The translations under genes were made by a program, and so were the position numbers. This document shows positions 1 through 11,761 of a DNA stretch of 64,000 nucleotides, piece by piece. The DNA is taken from contig NC_092670.1 in NCBI RefSeq assembly GCF_964355755.1, positions 7,864,201-7,928,200 of the forward strand. Reading direction: 5' to 3'. The notes beneath the pieces were generated by a model that saw nothing but the letters and a program-made list of their open reading frames with translations, had not been told where the DNA came from and did not search any database. Each line of letters begins with the position of its first letter. Positions within the stretch are counted from its first letter, which is position 1. The DNA is from Antedon mediterranea. Lineage: Eukaryota; Animalia; Echinodermata.

Positions 1-7
1 GACATTT
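1..7 (-). CDS. PDGF/VEGF-family gene, putative exon 5 (truncated by window edge)
   Basis: Minus-strand acceptor ttttttctttcag|AAATGTC at 8/7. It completes the phase-2 Arg codon (AG|A) from exon 4, then reads N-V. Confidence 0.55.
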
Positions 8-192
8 CTGAAAGAAAAAAAGGAAAACAATTTATTACGTTTAAATCGATGATTGAAAATAAAGTGATTTGGTAGCTTTAATCGTTCGATTCAACAAGTG
101 ACCAGACTTGATATCCAGGAAGATTATACAAATCTGTTTAGGTCACTTTCAAAGTTAGCATTATTACACCATTTTGAATGGCAGTATTCATT

Positions 193-319
193 AAGCTTGG
201 TTCCAACTTGCAACGCAACGCAAGTTAACCAATTACAAGCGACAGATGATCCGATTCATCGTGTCACAACATTATTTGCGTCGCACTTTTGTCCTTTGCG
301 TTGCGAAACCAGTCCTTAG
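193..319. mobile_element. Short non-autonomous DNA-transposon (MITE) family copy, AAGCTTGGTTCC-type
   Basis: Starts aagcttggttcc...aacgcaacgcaagt..accaat..caagcgacag. Related copies at ~4192, ~4438, 10483-10662 and ~11530-11870. Confidence 0.55.
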
Positions 320-465
320 ACCTTACCGGAACCCTAGTTAAAATTATCGCAATTATACCATTGTATCATTAGCTGCTGTTCCGTAGGCATACTAATATAG
401 CACCGATGCTCTCGCAGTATCTTACCGTACGTGTTGGTGAATGATAATAGTTAAACTTTGCTTAC

Positions 466-1028
466 CTGCAATGCTTTGAGTTAACTTCTTTTCTGCCTTT
501 CATAAATTTTTCACAGTTTTTGTCTTCGTTGTCACATTCACATTTGCAAGTTGTTTCGTTGGTGTGGAATGGTTTTGGGCATTTGATATACCCACACAAT
601 GAGGGCGTTCTTCGAGAGTCCTCGCAAGCGCAATTTGAAGGATCCATTGTAGTTCCCGTCGGACATGGATTTGCACATTCGCATTGTTTGGTTTCCAAAG
701 AAAAAACTTGTCCTTCTGAGCAGTTTCGGTGTTCGACTTCTCCAGATTCGATCTCTTCAACTTCATTCTCTTCGACTTCGTTCCGTTCTGCTTCCTTTTC
801 ACCCTTTACATTTTCACATTGACACAAATATTGGTTAAGAGCAGAGCCAGTTGGGCAGACTATGTTTAAACATCTGCAGACTGCTATGGTTTCATCAAAT
901 TCCTGATTCTCACCACATGAACTTACTTCTTCTCTTTGATCTGTGTTCTGTGAATGACAACTACAACGCGTGTCTTCTAGTTCTTCGAACCTTCGAACTG
1001 TCAGCTCATGATTTTCTATGTGTAGGTA
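466..1028 (-). CDS. PDGF/VEGF-family gene exon 4: end of cystine knot (EDTRCSC) plus CXCXC-type Cys-rich C-terminal repeats
   Basis: Acceptor catttag|TAC at 1028, donor TGCAG|gtaag at 466; 563 nt, phase 0 to 2. Reads YLHIENHELTVRRFEELEDTRCSCHSQ...CGENQEFDETIAVCRCLNIVCPTG...CQCE...CSEGQVFSLETKQCECANPCPTG...CACE...CPKPFHTNETTCKCEC, like the VEGF-C/D BR3P-type repeats. Confidence 0.9.
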
Positions 1029-2021
1029 CTAAATGAATTTAAAAAATATATATATAGAAATATATTAAAATAAAACTTTGGTAATAAAAATGTGGCATTT
1101 TAAACACAGTGAATAGTGTTTTCTTCTTTTTCGTATTCGTATTTAATGTTTTATCTTGGGGTGGGTAAAGTCTTTCTGACTTATATGACCCTCACACTCC
1201 CCCTCCCCCACCAAAAAATGAGTACTTCATTGTATTTATTATCCTCTATGTTATTATATTGTGGAAATAAATTAAATTGAAATTGAAATAAATCTTTTCC
1301 ATGTTTTCCCCTCTATGTGGCGGCTCTGGGCAAAATAGCCTCACTATTTTAATTGTGACTTCTGCAATTATACAGTAGATATTGGGTCACAATAATATAG
1401 CATACAGTACTATTTATTGTTAACAGCTGAAGTACATTGTTGGTTTACTTCCTTCTTCAACAATCAAACAAACAAAAATGATGGTGAGTGCAGATAAAAC
1501 ATTTCTTTAGCCGATTATTGTCGAAGTAGAACTAAAATTTACTATTGTTTGAAGTTGTGTCTAAACAAACTCTATTCTAATAGTATAGGTCACCGGAGCG
1601 TGGCCGCCTAGGGTGAATAAAAGACTTTAATTACACTAAATTGACACATGTCATTACTGTATGAAAGATTCATTCAAAAACGAGGTCATTCATTGGTATC
1701 TCCCCAGTATAGGAGTTTAAAGAACTGAGAATAATCTTTTATTCGTTTTTACTAAAATTGCATTTTACTTATTATTATAATACTAATAATAAGGCATATT
1801 ACACGAAGCAGTGCTGATGTGCGAGACCATGATATAGCCAAAGGGCATGGGAAAAGATATTTCATGAACTTTCTATTACCTGCCACACAAATTTAAACTC
1901 TTAGCGCCATTAACCATTGGATGCCAATTGTGTATGCCGACATACAGTAAGTGTAGAAACGACGAGATTGATGTTTAAGAAATACTGTTTTCATATTTAT
2001 ATTCAAACAAAGTGTACCTAC

Positions 2022-2230
2022 CGTGAAATTTCTTAGTCTAAACTCTATCCCCACGCATTTCAATCCAGGGGTACAGCAACCACTTTCTTGTGAGCATTTA
2101 TTGACTGCTATCCCTGCAGGTGAGAGTATTACGCTCTCGCTGATGTGCAGCCTCTCATACAAGTTCACAGCTTTCGGCAAAGGTTTTTTACACATAGTTT
2201 GACTTGTTGCTGAAATAAATTCGTCTAATT
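2022..2230 (-). CDS. PDGF/VEGF-family gene exon 3: core PDGF/VEGF homology domain
   Basis: Acceptor ttttctag|AA, donor ACG|gtaggt; 209 nt, phase 1 to 0. Reads ELDEFISATSQTMCKKPLPKAVNLYERLHISESVILSPAGIAVNKCSQESGCCTPGLKCVGIEFRLRNFT, with C-x-x-P, C...GCC and LxCV motifs and an NFT sequon. Confidence 0.9.
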
Positions 2231-2475
2231 CTAGAAAAGAAAGAATTGAAAACTAGTTCATCAATAATAATACTACTACCAAAATTTGACAATAGAAACC
2301 CTTCTTAAAAAATATTTCTCATAATATAGGCTTTAAAAAATGGCTTCCTATTGCAGTTCATCAGCGCCTGTGTGAATGCTCTACTCATTTCGACGTATAA
2401 TTTAACCGACGATTTCAATTCACGTTTGTTCGCACATAATAGTGGCTTACAATCTTTAGTGAGATAGGCCCTATT

Positions 2476-2584
2476 GTTTTTAGTCTCGTGCAACGCGACT
2501 ATACAGCTCACTATGTCGGTTGGTCGGTCGGTCGTTAAACACTAACTTGAGCACGCTACTGCAGTCATGTATATGGCATTGTTA
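2476..2584 (+). mobile_element. Helentron/DINE-like (HINE) non-autonomous element
   Basis: ttttagtctcgtgcaacgcgactat head with a short palindrome, internal (GGTC)n microsatellite and 3' gtatatggcattgtt; inserted at a T-run in VEGF intron 2. Confidence 0.45.
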
Positions 2585-2623
2585 ATACACCATCATAAAT
2601 ATATCAATAGTAGCCTATCTTAC

Positions 2624-2777
2624 CTATTTCTGCCTGGATTTTCGATAACCGTGAGGGTGGACGTACATCTTTGTTATATGCTTCATGATACATTCTATGC
2701 GCTTCAGTGCCATTTACACCAAACGCCAGTTCAATAATTTCTTTTGGATTCAAGGTATAACTGAATTCTCTGAGACG
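2624..2777 (-). CDS. PDGF/VEGF-family gene exon 2 (propeptide)
   Basis: Acceptor ttttcttttcag|CGT, donor ATAG|gtaag; 154 nt open, phase 0 to 1, matching both flanking exons. Reads RLREFSYTLNPKEIIELAFGVNGTEAHRMYHEAYNKDVRPPSRLSKIQAEI. Confidence 0.8.
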
Positions 2778-5281
2778 CTGAAAAGAAAAAAAAAATTAAA
2801 TATAAACAAATTAATCAATCATGTTCACAAACTGGAAGAAGATATTGTTCTCAATGTCGTTGATTTCTCTCTTATCGTTTTCAATGTGAGGTTGTACCTG
2901 ATCTATTTCACAAAACATGAATAACAAGAAATATTTCTTACAAAAAACGCTGCTCGCTTATTGAAAAATATTTTTTATTTCAAATGTTTTTGAATGTGTC
3001 ATTTTATTGTCACATAATAGTTATTTTACCTGAAAAAATGTAAATTAAAGCAACAAATACTTAAATTGTCTGTCAGACAATGGTTTTTGGGTTTCTTTTC
3101 TCTTTTTATATGTGAATAAATATTATTTTTTTGTTACAGAAGTGGATACTCAATTTCTGTCACTTTAGTTAATTTTATTGCCAAGGTCAAATCTGGGGGT
3201 CACATCATCACCCTAGATATCCTTTTAAAAACACAAACTTTAATGGACTGTTTTGATAATAATTCAATGAATATCTGACAGTGAATATACCAGAAATGCT
3301 TTGGGATTTGTAATGTTAGCATGACATGTCCTAGTAGACTCTTTTCCCAGACGTTTTTGGGTCTACTTTAGCAGCTGGAATCAATAAATTATAGTGGAGT
3401 TTCCATTTTCGCAAAACTGTCGTCCTTAGAACTATAACTACTGCTTGCTTTAGCCTCTGATTGAGCAGTCCTAATGGGACGTAGCGGGCTAGAGCAGCAG
3501 CGTGAAAAATCAATTCATTCAACAATGACTACGGAAAAGACATATGAGAGCCTTAAAAACCAATACATGATACAATACATAATAGTATTAATATTACAGA
3601 GGAAAAACCGTTGATTCGAAAAAGTCGAAAAAATAATTAATGGTTGCTTTAATTTTCTAAAGAGGATGGAATGCATATTCACAATCAATTGTTTTCATTA
3701 TTGCATGATCTTTTACTATAATTTATTGCTGTTTGACTATTTTTATTAACTCATGGCTATATCACGACAGTGTGTCAAGAGTTCTAAAACGTGACTCATC
3801 GGTTTCACCTGCCACAAAACTCGAATCGTAACAAGTGTCAACGAAAATAAACATGACATAATTTTAGTTCCATCGGTAGAAATTTAGTTCGTCAATTGGT
3901 CATGGGCTAATATAACTACTGTACTAATTTGTGTAGACCTAAAGTCGTCATGTTTTTCTTTCACTTTTTTTCTTTCATTATAACTTTAAATTAAGTATCA
4001 CGAGTGGGTAGGTCGATTGGTATGATGATAAGTACACCATAACAGACGCACACGCATGTATGTGCTAAATGTATTTGGAATAGACTGTTGTAATTATTAT
4101 ATAAATAGTTAAATGATGTTTAGTACCAAATGCAAAAGCTACGTAATAAATTAAAGGAAATAAGATACTGTTCAATACCCGTGATGCCATAAAGCTTGGT
4201 TCGAACGCAACTCAATGACGAATCACAAGTGACGATCCACTCAAACTGTCTGCTTATACAGGGAAAAATTTCATTTAAAAATTTTGTTTAGCACTATTGC
4301 TAATCAAACTGATTTTTAAGTTAAGTTTTTTGCTACACAATTTTAGAAATGTGTAACAATATGGTTGTTTTGTATAACTTTTTGCTATGCTACACTGGCG
4401 AAAATTTGTCTTTTGTTACACGTAAGTTCACACAAATCTTGGTTCCAACTTAGACGCAACTTAAGTACGTAAGCCCATTTTTTTTTACCAATCGTGACGC
4501 GATGAAACTTCAACACTATTGTATCGCTTGCGATTGACCAATTCACTTCCGTTGGTTGTTGCGTTATGACTTAATACGCCTGTTTACGTACGGAACGGTA
4601 TAGTTTATGAGAAACATTGAATTCGACTATTTCAACAAGACCACACATTTTTGTTTAAAATGTGTAACCAGACAGAAGGAACATTAACATTACAACACGT
4701 ACGCGATATCAACAGTCACAACCGCAATTCAGAATGTCACACGACCTAACAAAACATTGAACGAATTCTCCATTTCTGAATCATTTTTTGGGCATTATTT
4801 GTTCAGAAAAAGCTATATAAAGTCTACGATAAGTATGTTTATGCGTGTGCCTTAATACCGAATCTATCGAGAGTTATGTCGTGTGCCAGGTTGACTAGCA
4901 CCACGCGCTTCAATTGTAATATTTTCTTCAATTGACAACAATAGGTTGTCTGTTAGGGTTTACCAAAGGTTTACCAAGCGAAACTCTCTTTACAAAAACA
5001 CCTATGTATGTGTAATTTAGTAGGTTTAAAAGTACTACCAATTATTTAACGTTTAAATTATCTACGTTATTATACCTTTTTGTTGTCTTTATTGGCCTTG
5101 GTAAAGTTCATTCTATATTTAAGTTATTAATAGAAGATAAATGTAACAATGTAAAGCATCGTTTGATTAAAGTAAAAACGGAACAAGGCAATAAAGGTAT
5201 GAAGAGAAAAATAGGTGAAAGATGGGTAGTGACAAGTTCAGCAGTTTATTCAACCATATTCTTGATCATTTTCTTGTTAAA

Positions 5282-5485
5282 CTTTGTCTACACTATCAAA
5301 CTCTATGTGATTGTGGCAAAAAAAAATGTGCCCATATGATGATGTCATTTCACTTAGTTGGATATATCACTACGGTACTATATTTGGACATATCACTACT
5401 ATATTTGAACATATCGGTACTATATTTGGACATATCACTACCATATTTGGACATATCACTACCATATTTGGGCATATCACTACAA
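5282..5485. repeat. MITE remnant with 21-bp tandem array (tactatatttggacatatcac, ~5 copies)
   Basis: Begins tgtctacactatcaaact like the 39848 element. The 21-bp unit produces the spurious repetitive ORFs at 5222-5669. Confidence 0.75.
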
Positions 5486-8222
5486 TATTCTTCAAAATTG
5501 ACCTGGTTAGACCGGGTAAGTCGGTTCCTTTACATATCCATACACGCCAATAACTAACAGACGGACAATAAGTATAAAAATCACAGACAGAATTATGTTT
5601 TTTAGTTGTTTCTAATTCGTAAATACAATTTATTTTTCGTGGAAAAACTGTTAGGCGTACTTGCTGCACACAGTATAGTTAGAAATTATACCTTACTGAA
5701 TCTACTGCGTAAATACACTGTAATCTAATCGGAAGTGACGTTATTATTAGACTTTCAAGTCATCGCAAACTAGGTTATACACCACGGAAGAGTGAATTAC
5801 ATTTAACTTTTCCCTGGCTATAACCAAGAATTGTCCGACATGATCCCTTACATTCAACAACAAAGTTAAAATGAATCTCACTTCAGTTCTTTAACTGAAA
5901 CAATTGTTTTCTACGAAAATACCAACGGAAATGATGACCAATCGAGAGACAGCCCCGGCGGGATCGACGATGACAGGTCAGGAGAAGGGTTACACTTTTG
6001 TGACGTAAGCGCAGAACAGGGAAAGTACAATGGGACACACATCACTAAGGTCTAAGTTGAACGAACTATTATAGCTTTTTTTATCGGAACATTACTGACT
6101 AAGTTCATCTATCATATACATTACAAAATCAAATTCGTTCTGATTCAAACAAACTATTCAAAAGCATTAACAATTATTGAAGAATATTTGTATAATTTAA
6201 AGTCTGAGCACAACCAACCCAAAACACGTACAAACTTATCCCCCCAAAAAACATGAATATAATGTCGCATTAACCACAATGTTAAGCTTCCTCAATAAAT
6301 GTCAGTGAATTATTTTGGTGAGGAGAGAAAAGTCTACGCGATGTTGGAGTACATTTTGTGGTAAGACTCTCCCAGCTGCTGCATTCCAACAACCTAACGT
6401 TACTACTAGGTACAGCCCATCTGGTATGTCATCTTGGCTGCATACGTCACCTAAACAGCCAGGGATTTACCTTTTGTTTCGTTTGGAAATAATATTAATT
6501 CAAAACAGAACAAACAATGTAAACAAGAGAAAGGAAAACAAGTAGAGAGCTACTACCTGTACATTAGGCCAACTTGGCAATCGAGCCAACATCAGTGGCT
6601 TATCACTTGGACGTAGAAACACACACATTGTGGCAATATTAAAGGTGAAATCGTGTTAAAATGACGATTTTCCATAAGAAACATTAAACCCAACAAGTTA
6701 AGAAATGTAAAATGTATTGTTAGACATACATAATATTTAGGCCTATATATTCACAAGAAAAACAATGTCTGGCCTAAAGGCGACTGGTTGTAGGTATATG
6801 GTAAAAGACGGCTTGAAATGGTAGTTGCTGTATTTCTATCTACACGGTAAATATTTTCAGTCTAGTAGGCCTTAAGTGCTAAAACAATACGTTTTTAATT
6901 CTTCAATTGGACGAGTCAGATGGCAAACGTTAACCATTATTGAATACATGAACATTAAACTATATACTTTTGCCATGAACAAACTTCAGCTACTATAAAT
7001 TGATCTAGCTGCTTAAGAAGACACATTTTACACACATTAAGTATTACTGTCTTTGTCACTTGCTTGTATTCGTCAATATTATTAATATTAAACCTAAGAC
7101 CACCGTTTAGGAAATTACTCAGGAATATTAGAAACATTAGACAGAAACATCAGGAAGATTTATGTTAATAAGAAACGTGATCAGTTTTGAAAGTTTAACT
7201 GACTCTACAGAGACGATGAGTTGGAAAATTACGCGGTGACTGTCACAAACCTATTCCACCAGATTATATATACTGTATCTAGTCTCCACATTATAATTAT
7301 CCAACCGGTATCATAAGGAAATTATGTATACCGTACAGTATCACATAATGATCACACTTGGCCCCAACATGTTAAGGTTATAGGGGGTTAAGGTTATAGG
7401 GGGTTTGTTAATGCTCATGATAGACGATGTTTATTTTTTTATTTTTTTGTTCATTTGCTCCGTAAACGTTAATAATATAAAAACAAGATGAACAATAATA
7501 TTACAATATTGAAAACTACAATTGAATGTAAGATATCATTATAATACAAAACACAATGAACCGAATTGTTATTGCTTTACTTTAAATTTATTTCCAAACG
7601 AAATGGTTTACAATTGGAGCTTCTTAAGGAAGTGTACTGTGGTCTGACCTATCAAATTCACTAGAATTGTCTTAATTTGATATAACTTTCGTATTGAATG
7701 GATAAGTTACATTTCATTACATTTCCTGTGTGGTTAACTCCTTTTTAAAGAAAACTAAACACATTTAACAGGTAATTACACACATCATTTAAATGTGACA
7801 TGTGCCATTTAACATCTATAAACTAGGGTGGAGCAGTCTATCACGTGGGTCAGCCATTTCAAACAACGGGTTTTTTTACTTGTTCCAAAAGTTGAAATAA
7901 AACCCCTGAGGTTAAGTAACAAATAATGATAATTTGATTCGCTTCAATTGAACTAAATAAATTAAATACAATTCGTCTCCTTGCTGAATTATTAATGATG
8001 ACAATGCTATAATATTTGTCTGTTGCTTTGCACAGGTCCGTCATCACGTACTTGGAAATAGATCTCAAACGAATTAATGTTGAAATCGAGAAATTAATGG
8101 TACAGCCAGAAGGGACAGCTCGCGTGCAGTATCCGTACAAGAGCGCCTTATTTCACCATTAGTTGTTGTAGTTGGCCTATCATATTCTGACCTTTTTCCC
8201 ATTCTATTCGAGGTTATAATAA

Positions 8223-9148
8223 CGCCCGTATTCTTAAACCGGACTTTAGTCGTAGTTCGAGCTAAAACTAAAAAAATGACGTCATTTTAATTCATAAACC
8301 GAACTTCAACTAAATCACCAACTAAATCAGGCCAACCTCGACTAAATCGAGACGGATTTTGATCGATTTTTTTAGTCCTGGAGGGGGCAGACTAAATGGT
8401 CGACTAAATGGTTTTTAAACGATGTTTATAAAAAACGTAACAGTCATTGAGTTGTTATATTGGCCAGATATTGAAGAATGAAATATCTATATTTATATTA
8501 GCTTAATTAAATATACATTGGTATAAATTATAATAATGAAAATCATCTTTATTTACAACTGTATACAAATTACATTATTTTCTTCGCGCAAGTCCGACTT
8601 GAGCTACGTCACGCCATAGCGACAATGGGAGATGCGGCAATTCACCACGCGATGGAATGTTTAGGGGGCCTAGCGCTTTCTTGTCACGCTATGAAGTGCG
8701 TGGTTCGTGGCGATCATAGTTTGTTGGGGGCCTAGAAAATATAAAAGTTACCGTACCGCCATGGTTCCTAAATATATTTTTAAGATTTTATTTGTTGTTA
8801 ATCAAATATACTTCACTGTTAAATTAATACTGATATTGTTCTAATAATTAACGATTAAAATTATTTTTCATGTATATAGTCCTGATGCGTAAAAAGTGTT
8901 GTAAGAAATGGAAAGTGATATCAATGCGCAAAATTTCGTCTGCTCCTCAATACTCTCTTGTCATTGGCCAATGTATAGCCTTTGTTACCCAGACGTGTGC
9001 AACTCGACTAAAAGCTCGACTTCATTAAGTCGAACTGCAAACTTCGACTACTTCGTTTTTTAATCGAATTTGAAGTAATAGCTCGAACTACGACTTTTCC
9101 AAGTCGAACTTCGAACTACGACTAAAGTCCGGTTTAAGAATACGGGCG
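8223..9148. mobile_element. PIF/Harbinger-type non-autonomous element (926 bp)
   Basis: ~37-bp terminal inverted repeats CGCCCGTATTCTTAAACCGGACTTTAGTCGTAGTTCGA, flanked by TAA on both sides (8220-8222, 9149-9151); subterminal (G)ACTAAAT/CGACTA repeats. Confidence 0.85.
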
Positions 9149-10482
9149 TAAGTCTATTTTACAACGTACAATATTTCCAATTTATATTGCCGGTTAAGTA
9201 ATAAGAATGCAGACGTTCAACGAGATATTTTTCTGACTTAAAGTATGTAATCACATATTGATTGATATACTGTGTACCATAGAAAGTCCTATTGTATTAA
9301 CATCAAGGTCAAGCAAATTCTCCCCTTATTTTCTAAAGGATGGCCGTAGCGTAAACGTTATTGCATCGTTTGCTTTATAAGAAAGTGTTCCCTTACAGAG
9401 ATGTCCCCTGACTTGGATGTACCAAAGAAGGGATTCTACTGTTTAAAAAAAACGGTTAGGCCTACCAATTTGTAGAAAAGTGGTATCGAAAGTACGGATT
9501 AGCCTTTATTTACACTAAACGAGTCTTGAAATGCATTAGAATAATGTGTAGCCTAATTATCGAAATTTTCACTTTCAAGATTTCAATTATTGATCTGAAA
9601 TCATCTTTACCTAAAGCAAGCCTCTTTAAAAGCAACTGGGAATAGAACCCGATTCATAACATATCCATCCTGTGCTAGTGAATAATATAATTGGATATTA
9701 AAGAAAATCAAAAAACAAACGAAACTAAAAATAATTTTACGAAAAACGATTTTCTCTTACGCATCTGGGAAATATAGAAATATGCAAAATGATTTGCCAG
9801 TGGAATTTTAATCTTTAAAATGACCTATGAAATTTAGTTTGGAAGTTAGATTGCCAATATGGTTGACATCAAAGGAAAATGAGGATTTTCATGAACTGAT
9901 GATTTTATGATGATTTTATGATCCGTTTGACGTGGAACTCGCAAAAAATTCGTTTATAATACTTTTAAACTATAACACTTTCTCCTAAGCGTTTTATACT
10001 ATGGTAGATAGAGACCAAATATTAGTTCAAGCATTTTGTAATTTTCCAATCAATAAAATATCTTATCTTATCTTAATGATAGAGAAAACCATTCAATTCA
10101 CATATGATTCTGATCATTACATACACTTATCGTATTTCATATAATAAAATTCCTATGAGAAAAGGCATTATTTATCTTCATTTTTGTCAAAATTGATTTC
10201 TTTTTTTGCTTAGGCCCTAGGCTATACGACTATATGAGTGGTGTAATATATCATCTGATTTCATCAGCTAGCAACAACTACTCGTACCAAAATGAAATGA
10301 ATAGGTAAGTTTACAGTTATGTATTTAAAGAATTATGAAAAATGACAGGTGACACTGAAAAGTAAATATGTCTGTCAGGTGTAATCATACGATGCGGTTA
10401 AACAGCTAGATCTCGATTATGAAGCAGTGTAGGGGGCTGTTAGAAATGATAATGCCAGTTGCAACTGCAGCTTGTTTTGATT

Positions 10483-10662
10483 AAGCTTGGTCCCACTAGG
10501 ACGTAACGTTAGGACGTAACGTAAGGACGTTTAGACGCTACGACACAAGTTGACCAATGCCAAGCGACAGTTCGGATAATCCATCTTTTATGATTGGTCA
10601 AATCACTTGCGTTGCACTTACGTCATTTTGTTGCATCCAAGTAGGAACCATTACCAAGCTTT
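10483..10662. mobile_element. MITE, AAGCTTGG-terminal family, near full length
   Basis: aagcttggtcccactagga ... gtaggaacca(tta)ccaagctt inverted ends in a TTA/TAA context; internal acgtaacgt repeats. Confidence 0.65.
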
Positions 10663-11558
10663 AATAAGATGAATCAAACTAGATAAAACGAATCGGTCAT
10701 ACGATCACTGACTTTTAATATTGTTCTATTTAAAAGTGGGATAAGAAAGTGATGAAAAAAGGAGCATAATATTAGAAAATAAATAAGTTCAAAACTTTTA
10801 CAAATATTGATTTTATTGAACATGATAATCATTATATTAATGACAGAAGGAAAAAATAATAAAATAACGAAACAAAAAGGATAACAAAGAAAATATGAAG
10901 ATTTAACACATATATTAGGCCTCCTTTAAATTGCTTATGAATGAATGATGTATAACATGGGTGATTCACGCCACAACAAGAGTACAAGATAAAGGTTATA
11001 AAGAAGAAACAAAAGTAGGCGAAATCCCTGAAGAAAGAAATGGTTCTGCATAATGTTTGAATGGCGATAATTTTTGTAAATTTTACTTTTCAAACATTAG
11101 TCTAGTTTTGACATGTATTAGACTCGACTCGTTGGACTTGAAAACCCAGGGATTGTCCAGCAGACATGTTAACATGTACAGTGAAAAGTTTAATCGTTTG
11201 GTTTTAATTTTGTGAAAATAGGATAAGCCTAATAGCCGAGTGCATGGACACTTTCAAAAGTATGATGACAGGACTGTGTTTTGACTAAGTCGCATCCCCG
11301 CTGTGCATTTCATATGATGAACGTTTTAATTTCAAAAACACTTCATGAAATATTAGGCGTGTCCCACATTCAGTCAGCATATTCCAACATTCTTTTCTTG
11401 AACTGTCACTTACATAATCAATATTAATGTTTTATCATGTATGCCATACACGTTAACAGACACATTTCAACTTACAAGCATACCTTTTCATCAGTCATTT
11501 CGATTCGCGCACACGTACCGTATGTCAACTTAAGGGCGTAAACGCAACGTAAGTCATT

Positions 11559-11761
11559 TATTATTATTATTATTATTATTATTTATTGCCAAAAACCAGA
11601 TACAAACAAACAAAAACACAGAAACTAAGGGAGTAGGCAGGAACCTAAAAGTGAACCTAATCACTATAACAAGAGTTCAGGTTCCGTACTCCCAAAGTAA
11701 CAACAATGATATATAATAAACTATATAAAAATATTTAATAACAAATAGACGAATCAACAGT
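11559..11761 (-). mobile_element. Truncated LINE 3' end with (AAT)n tail, nested in a MITE copy
   Basis: Minus strand ends ...tttttggcaataaataataataat. It interrupts the AAGCTTGG-family body between aacgtaagtcattt and gtcaatttgaccaatc (possible target duplication). Confidence 0.5.

Noticed and set aside
500-1036. ORFs 500-802(-), 520-822(+) and 851-1036(+)
   Set aside because: Alternate-frame or antisense shadows of VEGF exon 4.
1795-1885. Possible extra VEGF exon after tgtggcag
   Set aside because: The required phase-0 frame hits TGA within six codons; exon 3 joins exon 4 directly and completes the cystine knot.
5222-5669. Three overlapping ORFs with 7-aa periodicity
   Set aside because: Artefact of the 21-bp tandem repeat in a MITE remnant.
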